Shown: in pieces, positions 29,477 through 40,800 of the stretch
How the letters are laid out: every line of letters begins with the position of its first letter
Numbering within the stretch: position 1 is the stretch's first letter
Virus record (IMG/VR): IMGVR_UViG_3300008050_008852
Coordinates: 64,009 to 128,008 of that record
Length of the DNA stretch: 64,000 nucleotides
Reading direction: 5' to 3' (one strand)
Origin: a virus
Program-made: the position numbers and the translations under genes
The notes under the pieces: generated by a model
Seen by the model: the letters and a program-made list of their open reading frames with translations, nothing else
Databases searched by the model: none
Told to the model about the DNA's origin: nothing

Positions 29477-30136
29477 ATGGCACGTCTTTTTATAACACCT
29501 CGCGAAGTTGATTTAATATCTGACATTACAAAAGAAGTAATGAAAGATGTTATAGGTCAAAAAGTGTATTATTATAGAGTTCGTGAAGAATATTCTAATG
29601 TACATGATGTTTATGAAGAGGCCCCAGAAAAAATATTTGATCCACCAGTAGAAATTGATGCATTAATTGAATGGGACAGCTCAAAGGTTTCCACCAACAA
29701 CTTCGGTACAGAAAAATACCAAAAAATAATAGTACATATTCAACATCGTGATGTTTTAAGTAAAGATATTGTCATCAGAGAAGGTGATTATTTAAGTTAT
29801 GGTACAAACTTTTTTGAGTTAACAACTGTAGAAGCAGATCAGCTTATATTTGGGCAAATTGAATATATTACTGGATATAAAATAACATGTACTCAAGCAC
29901 GAATTGGACAGATCGATAAAATACCAATAGGGCCAACAGGTGAAGAGTATTCTGATGATGGTTCTACACAAGATACGTTTGTACAACAACGAGGTTTGAA
30001 AGAAAATCGCCTTGGTGAAACCGGAGATGTTAGAGACCTTATCAAGAAAGGTAAACTAGAAGCACCAGAAAAACCTACGGAAGTATCAACTAAAGCTGAT
30101 CCGAAAAAACTTGAACCTTCATTTTATAACGAGTAA
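29477..30136 (+). CDS. gp14: Neck/head-closure protein (gp14-like)
   Basis: GQKVYYY..DVYEE..FDPPVEI..REGDY; follows the gp13-like gene. Confidence 0.65.
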   Translation: MARLFITPREVDLISDITKEVMKDVIGQKVYYYRVREEYSNVHDVYEEAPEKIFDPPVEIDALIEWDSSKVSTNNFGTEKYQKIIVHIQHRDVLSKDIVIREGDYLSYGTNFFELTTVEADQLIFGQIEYITGYKITCTQARIGQIDKIPIGPTGEEYSDDGSTQDTFVQQRGLKENRLGETGDVRDLIKKGKLEAPEKPTEVSTKADPKKLEPSFYNE

Positions 30137-30140
30137 TTAA

Positions 30141-31400
30141 GTGAGCACATTTCAACAAACACATGCAAGTAATAATGAGAAAGGGATATCTAAAGATCCT
30201 GATTTCACTATACCGTCATGTACAATAGAAGATGTTGATCGTGCAATTTTTCAATTGTTTGATAAAGATATTGATTTATTCTATACACACGATTCAGCAA
30301 TAACAAGAGTCCCTGTTGTATTTGCGACTGGTGAACGTTTTGCTATTTTGGCTAGAAATAAACCTCTTCGTGACAAGAACGACGCCCTCATCCTGCCATT
30401 GATATCGATTGCAAGGGGTACAATACAGAAAGATATGTCAAGGGGGACCAGCACAAATCAGGCTGCCCCTGTTACAATCAAGCGCCGCTTAAGTACTAGT
30501 GATCCTGCATATCAACAAATTATAAATAAAGAATCCATAAAGAATCAAGATAATCGAGCCCATAGCTCTCATAAGGCTGGTATATCTGGTACAGGTATAA
30601 CGTCTGGCTCAATTGCAACACGTAGAAATTTAAGTGAAACAAATGCCATATATCGTTCCGGAAGGCTTCTTGAACAAACTGGTAAAAATAATATTTATGA
30701 AATTTTAGAATTACCAAACGTAAAATATTATACGGCAACATATGATATTACTATTTGGACACAATATACACAACAGATGAATGATCTTATCATGGCATTT
30801 ATAAATTCTACTCATACTGGCTCAAAGGTATCGTTTAGAATTGAAACCGATAAGGGCTACTATTTTGTTGCTTATTTAGATGGTGATATTTCTCCATCAA
30901 GTAATTTTGACGATTTTACAGACTCTGAACGGCTAGTTAGATATGCATTTACGATGTCTGTTCCAGCTTATATAGTAAACCCTAATTATGCCGGTTCAAG
31001 AAATGAAATTAGAAGATTTATATCGGCACCTCAAATATCATTTGATATTACAGCCGTCAACGCACCGCTAACATCAAAGAATATTGTTGGTGTTCCAAGC
31101 GGAAAATCAGAAAGTTATGCGCTTAATGAACTAAATACTAAAGATATGCCTCTTCCAGGCCAATCAGTAGCAGAAAATAGTCAAGCGGATATTAATGAGT
31201 ATTATGACTCCGCGGCTCTTGGTGGAGCAAAATCAGGCCGCGAAAGAGTTGAAGTTGTTAGGACTTTTATTGATCCTGTCTCCGGAGAGGCAATTAGTGA
31301 AGTTCTTCCATTCAAGCAAAGGAATGCCCGAAAGGGCGAAACTGTGTATCAAGCACAATTAACAGATGATTTAGGTACAATAACTGTTGTACCGGAGTAG
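30141..31400 (+). CDS. gp15: Tail terminator/sheath stabiliser (gp15-like)
   Basis: VPVVFATGER..LPLISIAR..YDITIWTQY..QMN..ERLVRY; position before the sheath genes; GTG start. Confidence 0.6.
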   Translation: MSTFQQTHASNNEKGISKDPDFTIPSCTIEDVDRAIFQLFDKDIDLFYTHDSAITRVPVVFATGERFAILARNKPLRDKNDALILPLISIARGTIQKDMSRGTSTNQAAPVTIKRRLSTSDPAYQQIINKESIKNQDNRAHSSHKAGISGTGITSGSIATRRNLSETNAIYRSGRLLEQTGKNNIYEILELPNVKYYTATYDITIWTQYTQQMNDLIMAFINSTHTGSKVSFRIETDKGYYFVAYLDGDISPSSNFDDFTDSERLVRYAFTMSVPAYIVNPNYAGSRNEIRRFISAPQISFDITAVNAPLTSKNIVGVPSGKSESYALNELNTKDMPLPGQSVAENSQADINEYYDSAALGGAKSGRERVEVVRTFIDPVSGEAISEVLPFKQRNARKGETVYQAQLTDDLGTITVVPE

Positions 31401-31454
31401 AATAATGAAGTTTAATGAGATAATTACTATTGAAGAATTAAAAGGAGCTCAATA

Positions 31455-34400
31455 ATGGCTGAACAAACTTTTCGATCACCCGGATTTTTTGAGAGAGAAA
31501 TCGATCTATCCGGACGTACGATTGAACCAACTGGTACACCTGCTGGTGTTATCGGAACATCAGAGCGAGGACCTGCATTTATTCCAGTAACTGTAGGTTC
31601 AATCGAAGACTTCACTGCACGCTTCGGCGATCTGGATCCAAATTTGGCTGGACCATATGCTGTGAATGAATACTTAAAGCATAAAGATGCTGTTACATTT
31701 ATGAGGGTTCTAGGAGCCGGTTCAAATGATACAGAATCTGAGATATCTGCAACAAAGACATATGGCATAGTTTCTAAGGCGGGTTTTAAACTCACAGATG
31801 TAGCAACTACCATCGGCGTCGCCTCAACTGCATGGGGTCACGGCGCGCCATTGTTTCTAATGGCTCAACATTACGTATCAACATCAGTTGAATCAATGTC
31901 ACTACCAGAATTTACTGATAACAGTTCTTTCCCAAACCTTGGGGCTGGTGATAATACGGTTAACTTGTTAAGAGGCGTAATATTTCCAACAACAGGTTCA
32001 AGGGTTATTTTAGCCGACGCCGGAGCGGTGACGGCAGCTGAAGTAGATATAACTACTAATCAATGTACTGTTGATATCGATTCAACAGGTAAAACATTCA
32101 AGAAATTTAAAATAATTGTTTCTTCTTCTGCAGGTACTGGATTTTCAAATGACGACGATCTCCCTGGATGTAGAATTTACACCGCTTCATTGAATCCAAC
32201 AAGTGACGATTATATTTCAAAGGTACTTAATACAGATCCAGATGAATTTCAGTCACGTCAACACTTGCTTTATCTTGACTTTGCAGTTGAAGATGAGTTG
32301 GCTCCAGTTCACTGTTCCACAGCGGCCGGCGCTAGTGTTCCATCTACAATATTAATTACATCTGGTTCAGCCGTAGAAAATGTTTCTGGTGGACAAAGCG
32401 ACAGTTATCTTAATTCATTCGGAAGATTTGATACTCGTTACACAACTCCAAAAACACCAGCTATTATATCACAACCATTTGGTGGTACAGAATTTGATCT
32501 GTTTCACCTTGAATCATTATCTGATGGTTCTTATGCTTCTGATAAGTTAAAGGTTAGTATTGCAAATATTAGAGCATCAACTGATAAGAATTATCCATAT
32601 AGTTCATTCGAGGTTCAGGTTCGAAGCTTTAGTGATCAAGATGAAGCAAAGGAAGTTATTGAAGCATATCCAGACGTAAACCTTGATCCTAACAGTGGCA
32701 GGTTTGTCGGTAAGATGATTGGAGACTTTAAGCCAAAGTTTAACTTCGATTCACTTGATCTTGATGAACAACGAATTGTTGTGTCGGGTAAATATCCTAA
32801 TATGAGCAAATATGTACGTGTTGTTATTAACCAGGCTGTTTATGATGGTGAGGTACCAAAATCCGCAACACCGTTCGGCTTTCGTGGTATCCCGGTACTT
32901 AAGACAAATGATTCTATGACAGATACTCCTGGTACTGCCTTAGTAGATAAAAACGGTAATGCTGTTGGTAATGCTGCGACATTCCATAGAATGTATAACG
33001 AATATAAGACAATAATAACTGGCTCAATTGTACCACCTCTGCCATTTAGATTCAAGCTTACTAAGGGAAATGTTCCAACCTCGGCCGGCCCATATGTTGG
33101 TTATCCATCAAGTGTCGAGCGCGCTGATTCAAGAATGTATTGGGGTGTTAAGTTCGAGCGTTGTGCAGATATAAATAATGTTGCCAACTCCGGCTTAAAT
33201 CCAAATGCTGGCTCTGTACCAAATGCAACCGTTTCTGCATATGCAAAAATGCAAGGTATAGCTGGATTAGACAACTTGGTTACTGGTTCTGGGGCAGATA
33301 TATTTAACGATAATAAGTTTACTCTTTCTAGAGTGGCATTGTCTGCAACTTCAATGGCAAATGTAACATCCTCAGCCGGTGAACATATGCTTGAAGCCGC
33401 ATATATAAGGAACGGTTATCCAGAGGCTAAAACATATACGATCAATGACGGTTTATTATCCGGACGTTATACACTTGCTACATTGTTAGCTAGTTCTTCA
33501 ATTAAGTTTAATAGATTTACATCATATGCTAAGTTTACAACACCATTTTATGGTGGCTTTGATGGTCTCAATATTCTTGATAAAGATAACAGATGTTTAA
33601 CCGATAAAGGCGCCGCAACAGATCCTGGTGGAAAAGCTGCAGATACTATTACTGGAGGTCTTGGCCTTTATGGAACTAACGATGGTTCTATGATGGGTAA
33701 GGGCCCACAAAACAATGCGGTATTTAGTTATAACAAGGCAATTAGAATTATGACTGATCCAATGACGGTCCGCCATAATTTGCTAGCCATTCCAGGAATC
33801 CGTGATCCATATATTACAGATGAGGCTTTAGCTGGTGTTAAGGCATATTCACTTGCAATGTACGTAATGGACATTCAACATTATGATGAAGATGGAAATA
33901 GGTTATTTGCCGATAATCCTGCAAGACCAGATGTTAGAGAAACAGCTGAACAATTTGAAAGTCGTAGAGTTGATAACAACTATGCTGCAACGTATTTCCC
34001 TGATGTATTTATTGATGATGTTACAAATAACAAACCTGTTTTTGTTCCGTCCTCAATCGCAGCGTATGGTGCCTTAGCCTATAGTGACAGTGTTTCATTC
34101 CCTTGGTTTGCTCCAGCTGGTTTCAATCGTGGTGCACTTGGGTTTGTTAGAAACACTGAGACAAGATTAACTGCTGGTGATCGCGATGATTTATATGACG
34201 CAAGAGTTAATCCGATTGCAAACTTTCCAAATGGAGGATTTGTAATATTCGGTCAAAAGACACTGCAAATTAATAAGAGCGCTCTTGATAGAGTCAATGT
34301 ACGTCGAATGCTTCTTGAAGTTAAGCGACAGATTTCTAGTATTGCAAAACAACTTCTTTTCGAGCCAAATAACGCAAATACTCGAGCTCGTTTCATAGGT

Positions 34401-34601
34401 CAAGCTGCTCCAATATTATCATTGATTCAATCACAATCTGGTATTGAAAAGTTCTCAATAGTAATGGACGGTACAAACAATACGCAGGAAGATATCGATG
34501 GAAATCGTCTTAATGGTCGAATAGTTGTTGTTCCTACTAGAGCAATTGAATACATTGCAATTGACTTCGTTATTACTAATGCTGGAGTTGAATTCGCGTA
34601 A
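31455..34601 (+). CDS. gp18: Tail sheath protein 1 (gp18-like)
   Basis: SPGFFEREID, GPAFIP, PWFAPAGFNRG, FGQKT, DRVNVRR, FEPN, EYIAIDF. Confidence 0.92.
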   Translation: MAEQTFRSPGFFEREIDLSGRTIEPTGTPAGVIGTSERGPAFIPVTVGSIEDFTARFGDLDPNLAGPYAVNEYLKHKDAVTFMRVLGAGSNDTESEISATKTYGIVSKAGFKLTDVATTIGVASTAWGHGAPLFLMAQHYVSTSVESMSLPEFTDNSSFPNLGAGDNTVNLLRGVIFPTTGSRVILADAGAVTAAEVDITTNQCTVDIDSTGKTFKKFKIIVSSSAGTGFSNDDDLPGCRIYTASLNPTSDDYISKVLNTDPDEFQSRQHLLYLDFAVEDELAPVHCSTAAGASVPSTILITSGSAVENVSGGQSDSYLNSFGRFDTRYTTPKTPAIISQPFGGTEFDLFHLESLSDGSYASDKLKVSIANIRASTDKNYPYSSFEVQVRSFSDQDEAKEVIEAYPDVNLDPNSGRFVGKMIGDFKPKFNFDSLDLDEQRIVVSGKYPNMSKYVRVVINQAVYDGEVPKSATPFGFRGIPVLKTNDSMTDTPGTALVDKNGNAVGNAATFHRMYNEYKTIITGSIVPPLPFRFKLTKGNVPTSAGPYVGYPSSVERADSRMYWGVKFERCADINNVANSGLNPNAGSVPNATVSAYAKMQGIAGLDNLVTGSGADIFNDNKFTLSRVALSATSMANVTSSAGEHMLEAAYIRNGYPEAKTYTINDGLLSGRYTLATLLASSSIKFNRFTSYAKFTTPFYGGFDGLNILDKDNRCLTDKGAATDPGGKAADTITGGLGLYGTNDGSMMGKGPQNNAVFSYNKAIRIMTDPMTVRHNLLAIPGIRDPYITDEALAGVKAYSLAMYVMDIQHYDEDGNRLFADNPARPDVRETAEQFESRRVDNNYAATYFPDVFIDDVTNNKPVFVPSSIAAYGALAYSDSVSFPWFAPAGFNRGALGFVRNTETRLTAGDRDDLYDARVNPIANFPNGGFVIFGQKTLQINKSALDRVNVRRMLLEVKRQISSIAKQLLFEPNNANTRARFIGQAAPILSLIQSQSGIEKFSIVMDGTNNTQEDIDGNRLNGRIVVVPTRAIEYIAIDFVITNAGVEFA

Positions 34602-37600
34602 TGCCAAGCCCAGGTACTGAATGGTCGCGAGGATCATCTCTTCCAGCAGTTCAAGTAGTTGCTGGGGGGGAGGGTCTTGGTGTAATAGGAACGTCCCCAA
34701 AGGGCCCGGCCTTTATACCCACGTCATTAAAAGATATTTCTGGCTTTGAGACAAAGTATGGAGCTATCTCGGGCGCTAGCTTTGGTATGTTAGCCGCCCA
34801 AGCCTGGTTAGCTAATTCTGAAGGTTGTACTTTTATGCGTCTACTTGGCATTGGAGATGGTCTAAAACGTCTATCTGCCGATTCAACAAATTCTGATGGA
34901 GAATCAATAGCTCCCGGCGCAGTAAAGAATGCAGGGTTCGTAGTGGGCGCCGAAATGACCGGCTCAAACGGAATGTTAGGACCTAATCCATACGCAGTAA
35001 GCGGTGGTCCACCTGGTCGAACATATTTCCTCGGCGCATTTATGTCAGAGTCAAAAGGTAGTACGTATTTTTCTGATGCTGGTATCCAACCAACCACAGA
35101 CGGTGTACCGATCTTAAGAGGCGTTCTATTTGCGCCATCTGGTGTTATACCATCATTATCAGGTTGTTATACAGAAAACACCTCAACGGCTTCATTAGGC
35201 CCTGCTGCTGGTAATTTTCTTGGTTCAAATGATGGTGGTGCTTCAATAGGCTCAATTTATAAAGACGGTGACGTTTCAGAAAAATTTGTTTTATTGTTAA
35301 ATGGTCATATTTCAACTACTGAATATCCAAATGAAATTAGTGCATCATTAAACACTACAATGACAGATGATACTGGTGTCGATATTTATTTTGCCAACGC
35401 ATTCAATACCAATCCAACTAAAATCCGAGAAGCCGGACATTATTTATATACGTATTATGATATTGATCAATCACAAGCAAAAGTTGATGGAACTGGCTTT
35501 GTAGACCCGGGTTCAACAAAGATAGACGCATATGAGAAAACATTAGAAGATGCAATTTTTCTAACCACATCATCGATGGATAGAAATCCAAATGATACTG
35601 CTGGTTCTTTATCAATTCCAAATTTTGAAAATTTTTGTGATAGATATCAGACAGCAAAAACACCAGTAATATTTTCACAGTTTATAGATAGACAACAATT
35701 TGACTTATTTCGATTTCATGCTCTTGATGATGGAACAAATATTGGATCTGAATTAAAGATCACAATAAGAAATCTTGTCCCTCAACTAACAGATGATTTA
35801 TATGGTACATTTGATGTTGTGGTTAGAGATTTGACAAACACCGATGCGGACTTTGGTGCAATTGCTTCCGCGGAAGAATTTATAGGGTGCAATTTAGACC
35901 CTTCGTCTGAGTTTTATATTGCAAGAGTTATTGGTGATAGACACTTCTATTTTAACTTTGATACAGATAAAACAAGGCAAAAATATGTCCGCACCGGTGA
36001 CTACGAAAATAAATCGGCTTACATTCGTGTTGAAGTAAATCCGGCAGTTGAGAAACAAATTCTTCCAACAAAAGTTTTACCAGCCGGTTTCAGGGGCCCA
36101 TATCATTTAGTCACGGCCGGTTCAAGTATTTTAAGCAATAATCAACACCCACTTAGTGATGGTTCGGTTATACCATCATCAACTTCTTGGGCTCATAAAA
36201 TAGTTCAATCACCTATACCATACCGTGTTCAATTAAGTAATAATGATAAAACGTCAGATGGAATAACTTTTTTAGAGACAAAAACTGTTGACGAAAATGC
36301 GAAATATTGGGGTATTAAAACATCAAAACATAAATCGATAGAAGAGCCAAACACAGATCAAAATCAAAATACAAGCTTTATTTCTTATTTAAAATATTTT
36401 CCAACATTCATGACGAATAGAATAAATCCATGGGCTGGAGATAATAATGGTGTTGATGACTCTGACGATACAATATATGATTCGGACCGTTTTAATAATG
36501 CTAAATTTAGTTTAGAAAATATATTAATTCATACAACGTCCTACTGGATTGATGGTATCAAAATTGATGCCCTCGGCGCAGCCATCCCACCGATAGATAT
36601 GGGAATTGATGACACACAATGGGCTTATGCAAGATATAGACCAGATAGAACAAAGATACCGTTAATTGATAAGACCCTTAAACTAAAATCAGGTGTTAGG
36701 TTTTTTGATTTTTCAAAAGATTTATCTATTACTACACCAAATACTTACGCTGGCTTTACAGTTCCGTTACAAGGCGGATTTGATGGTTTTGATATGTTTT
36801 CTATTGAGAAAACAAATTTTTCAAATCTTGCATCATACTTTGAAATGCAGGATGAAAATCAGGGTCAAAAAACAGGTGCTACCACGGCTGCATATTTGAC
36901 GGCACTTAGAATACTTGAAGAAAAGTCTGAAGCTGCAATTAAATTGTTGGCAATTCCCGGTATCAGATTAGAAGCAATTACAAATAAAGCGTTACAAGTG
37001 GCTGAAGAACGCTTCGACGCGTTTTATGTTATGGATATAGAAGAGGTTGATTCTGAAGGTAATATTTTGTTGACAGGTAGTCATCCTGGTGTCACAGTTG
37101 CTCCAGATCCTACATTAACAGCGAGTAGATTTAAGTCAAGGGCATTAGATAGCTCATTTACTGCCGTATATTTTCCCGACATTCAAATGAGGAATCCATC
37201 GGTTCCATCAAGTGTTATATTTACTCCTCCATCAATATCGGCAATTAGGGTTTATAGTAGATTGTCGGCCGCAGGTAATATTGCTGCACCTGCAGGTACA
37301 AAAAGAGGTATTATAGATACTACCGATGGGACTTTGGGTTTAGCTATTCAACCAAAAGTTATTTTTGACGACACTCAAAAAGAAACAATTCAGACATTAT
37401 ATGACGCGGTAATAAATCCAATAATATCCAGTACTGATGGGCCAATGATCTTTGGTCAACGAACAACACTTAGTTCTGCTGACTCGATGTTACAGCGTGT
37501 TGCAGTTAGAAGAATGATACTAGAAATTAGGCGTCTCGTCAGGGAAGTTGCTAAAGGTTTCTTGTTTGAGCAAAATAAAGAATCGACAATGAAGGCTTTC

Positions 37601-37783
37601 GAAAAATCAGTAAGACCATTAGTTCAGCGAATGGTCAATGCTGGCGGGATATCTAAATTTAAGGTTCAGATAGACACATCAACCACATCACAGGTAGATA
37701 TTGAAAATAATGTTGTAAGAGGAATGGTCTTTTTACAACCAACAAAATCAGATGAAATAATTCAAGTGGATTTTTCCACATAA
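34601..37783 (+). CDS. gp18: Tail sheath protein 2 (diverged paralogue of sheath 3)
   Basis: KGPAFIP, LAIPGI, APAGTKRG, FGQRT, RVAVRR, FEQN; N- and C-terminal arms altered. Confidence 0.85.
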   Translation: MPSPGTEWSRGSSLPAVQVVAGGEGLGVIGTSPKGPAFIPTSLKDISGFETKYGAISGASFGMLAAQAWLANSEGCTFMRLLGIGDGLKRLSADSTNSDGESIAPGAVKNAGFVVGAEMTGSNGMLGPNPYAVSGGPPGRTYFLGAFMSESKGSTYFSDAGIQPTTDGVPILRGVLFAPSGVIPSLSGCYTENTSTASLGPAAGNFLGSNDGGASIGSIYKDGDVSEKFVLLLNGHISTTEYPNEISASLNTTMTDDTGVDIYFANAFNTNPTKIREAGHYLYTYYDIDQSQAKVDGTGFVDPGSTKIDAYEKTLEDAIFLTTSSMDRNPNDTAGSLSIPNFENFCDRYQTAKTPVIFSQFIDRQQFDLFRFHALDDGTNIGSELKITIRNLVPQLTDDLYGTFDVVVRDLTNTDADFGAIASAEEFIGCNLDPSSEFYIARVIGDRHFYFNFDTDKTRQKYVRTGDYENKSAYIRVEVNPAVEKQILPTKVLPAGFRGPYHLVTAGSSILSNNQHPLSDGSVIPSSTSWAHKIVQSPIPYRVQLSNNDKTSDGITFLETKTVDENAKYWGIKTSKHKSIEEPNTDQNQNTSFISYLKYFPTFMTNRINPWAGDNNGVDDSDDTIYDSDRFNNAKFSLENILIHTTSYWIDGIKIDALGAAIPPIDMGIDDTQWAYARYRPDRTKIPLIDKTLKLKSGVRFFDFSKDLSITTPNTYAGFTVPLQGGFDGFDMFSIEKTNFSNLASYFEMQDENQGQKTGATTAAYLTALRILEEKSEAAIKLLAIPGIRLEAITNKALQVAEERFDAFYVMDIEEVDSEGNILLTGSHPGVTVAPDPTLTASRFKSRALDSSFTAVYFPDIQMRNPSVPSSVIFTPPSISAIRVYSRLSAAGNIAAPAGTKRGIIDTTDGTLGLAIQPKVIFDDTQKETIQTLYDAVINPIISSTDGPMIFGQRTTLSSADSMLQRVAVRRMILEIRRLVREVAKGFLFEQNKESTMKAFEKSVRPLVQRMVNAGGISKFKVQIDTSTTSQVDIENNVVRGMVFLQPTKSDEIIQVDFST

Positions 37784-37842
37784 ACATATGACTAATAGTT
37801 TTTGTGATGAATACTTACTATTGTTAAAAGAGGAGCTATAAC

Positions 37843-40800
37843 ATGGCGGAACTTACATTTAAGAGTCCCGGTGTCAGTACAAAGGAAATTGATTTAAGCG
37901 GACCAACATCAATTTCGCCAACAGGTGTACCTGCTGGTATTATTGGAACTGCAAACCAGGGTCCTGCTTTTGTGCCAGTCACTGTGGCCACATTCGCAGA
38001 TTTTATGACATACTTCGGTAAAACCGACGGCGAAAAATTCGGTCCACTTGCAATGTATGAGTGGATGAAGAATGCTAACGCAGGAACATATTTACGTGTT
38101 CTTGGTGTTGGTGATGGTAAAAAGCGATTATCCGCTGCCGGCACAAATGCCGATGGATCTACCATTCCAGCTGGTGGTGTTAAAAATGCCGGCTTTATAG
38201 TTGGCGATCGCCAGGTTAATATGGCAACCGGCTTAGTTGGTGTTAATAAATATGCATATAATGGTGCCGGCACAGGTGACTTAGGTAGAACATATTTCCT
38301 CGGCGCATTTATGTCAGAGTCGGAAGGCTCTTCATATTTATCTGATGCTGGTATTCAATCTGCAGGCTCAGACAAATCATCAGCGATCCTTCGTGGTGTC
38401 TTAATGGCCGCCTCAGGTGTTATGCTTTCACTTTCAGGCAACTTTTGCCATGGCAATGCATCAACTGCATCACTTAATAGTTTACCGGATTTTGATCAAG
38501 GATCAACATCCGGTGGTTCTTCAATAGGCTCAATTTATAATAATAGTGGTGTAGGTCGTACTCACAATAAGTCGTATAATTTTGTTATGTTGTTAAATGG
38601 TCATAAAACTACAGAACAATATTCAAACACATTGACTGCGTCACTTAATCCAGCACGATCAAATTATATAACTGAGGTATTTAACACTGATCCTTCAAAG
38701 ATCCAGAAAGCTGGCCACGTTTTATATTCACACTATGATGTATCCACTGCTCAGGCTGTTATTACTGGTTCTGGATTAATTCCGGCATGGGTTACCGCTT
38801 CTGCTGGAGCGTTAGACAGTCGGTATACTGAAGAAGCTGTATTCTTGGTTACGTCATCTCTTGATAGAAATGTAGGTTCTGAAACAATTCCAAACCTTGA
38901 AAACTTTAGTGATAGATTTCAACATGCTTTCTCACCTGCAGTTATTTCACAAAAGATTGGAGGCAAGAATAAAGACTTATTTACAGTTCATATGCTTGAT
39001 GCTGGAGCCTTTACAAATACAAATGTTAAGGTATCCATTGAAAACATTAGAAAGTCCAAGGTAGACGATGATTATGGTGTCTTTGACCTGTTGGTACGTA
39101 AGTTTTCAGATGGTGATGAGTCAGTTGCCATTGTAGAGACCGGCGAAACATTCAGAGGTCTTTCGCTTGATCCAAGTTCAGACAATTATATTGCTCGCCG
39201 AATTGGAACAATAAATAAGTTTTATGATTTTGATAAATTACCAGCATCACAGAAAATTGTTGTTGATGGTATTCATCCTAATATGTCACGATATATTAGA
39301 GTCGCGATGACAACTGAAGTTGATAATGGTGATATTACGAAAACTGCATTGCCAGTTGGTTTTAGAGGTCCGTATCACCTAGTAACATCTGGCTCAGGTA
39401 TTACAATGAATTTCCAGCATCCACTCAACGAAGCCAATGACATGGCCGTCGGTGCTATATTTACAAGAACTGATGACTTAAATCCTGGTAATGAAATTAT
39501 TGAACCACCAATTCCTTATAGAGTGTCTATATCTGATGGCACTGGCGGAAAGAAAAAACCAAACAGTTCTTATTACTGGGGTCTTCAAACAACTCAAGTT
39601 GATGTCGCAACGACAACGAATTCAAGTCGTATATTCAATAATGGAATCTCTGGATTTACAAAATATTATCCTAAGTTTGCCACTGGTCAACAGGCTATGT
39701 GGGTTGGAGCAAATAATGGTACAATAGATTCAGATGGTACTGTTTATGATTCTGATAATTTTAATAATAACTTATTTTCGCTTGAACAGATTCAGATTCA
39801 TACAAAATCAACCGCGGATGTGGTCGATGGCAGAGAATGGGGTTTTGCAAAATATCGTAGAAATAATGAACTAGCTACCCGGGTATTCTTCCCAAAGAAG
39901 GATGGAACAACTGACACCGGCCGTTTCTTAAATGTTGCTAAAGACTTCGGTGATATCGCATCGTTTAAGTACTTTAAGTTTACAATGCCAGTTCAAGGCG
40001 GCTTTGACGGTGTCAATGTTTTTGACAAAGATAAAACAAAATTAGTAGACAATGCTGCTAAGCGTGAGATGAGTGATGAAAATCAAGGTGAGGTCGAAGG
40101 CCCCACTGTCGGCGCATATCTTAAGGCACTTCATATCATGGCTGAAAAGAGTGATGTTGATATCCAACTTTTGGCAGTACCAGGTATCCGAGAAACAAAA
40201 ATTACCGACGACGCTATTGCTAAGACTGAAGGTCGTTTTGATGCATTATATATTATGGACATGGAAGAGCGTGATGTAAGTAATAATGTTGTAACATCAT
40301 CTGCTCAAGAACTTAGTGTTACAAATACGATCGAAGATCTTAGAGGTAGAGCACTCGATACATCGTTTGCTGCAACATATTTCCCTGACACGATTATTCC
40401 TGATCCTGTAACACAAACTAACGTACGTGTTCCACCATCTGTTAGCGTTCTTGGCGCTTTATCGTTAAATGATGCAGTTGCATTCCCATGGTTTGCTCCA
40501 GCTGGTTTTACTAGAGGCGCTTTGGCAAATGTCTTTGACACAACAGTTAACTTCAATAGGGCTAATCTTGACTCATTGTACGAAAGCGATATTAACCCAA
40601 TCACACAGTTTCCTGATAAGAAAGAACATGTTATCTTCGGACAGAAAACACTACAGGCTGCAGCATCATCACTTGATCGTGTAAATGTACGACGCTTGCT
40701 TATCGATGTTCGTCGTAAAGTCCGTAATATTGCTGACACATTCATCTTTGAACCAAATAGAGCTGATACACTTGCAAGATTCTCAGCAGCTGTTAATCCA

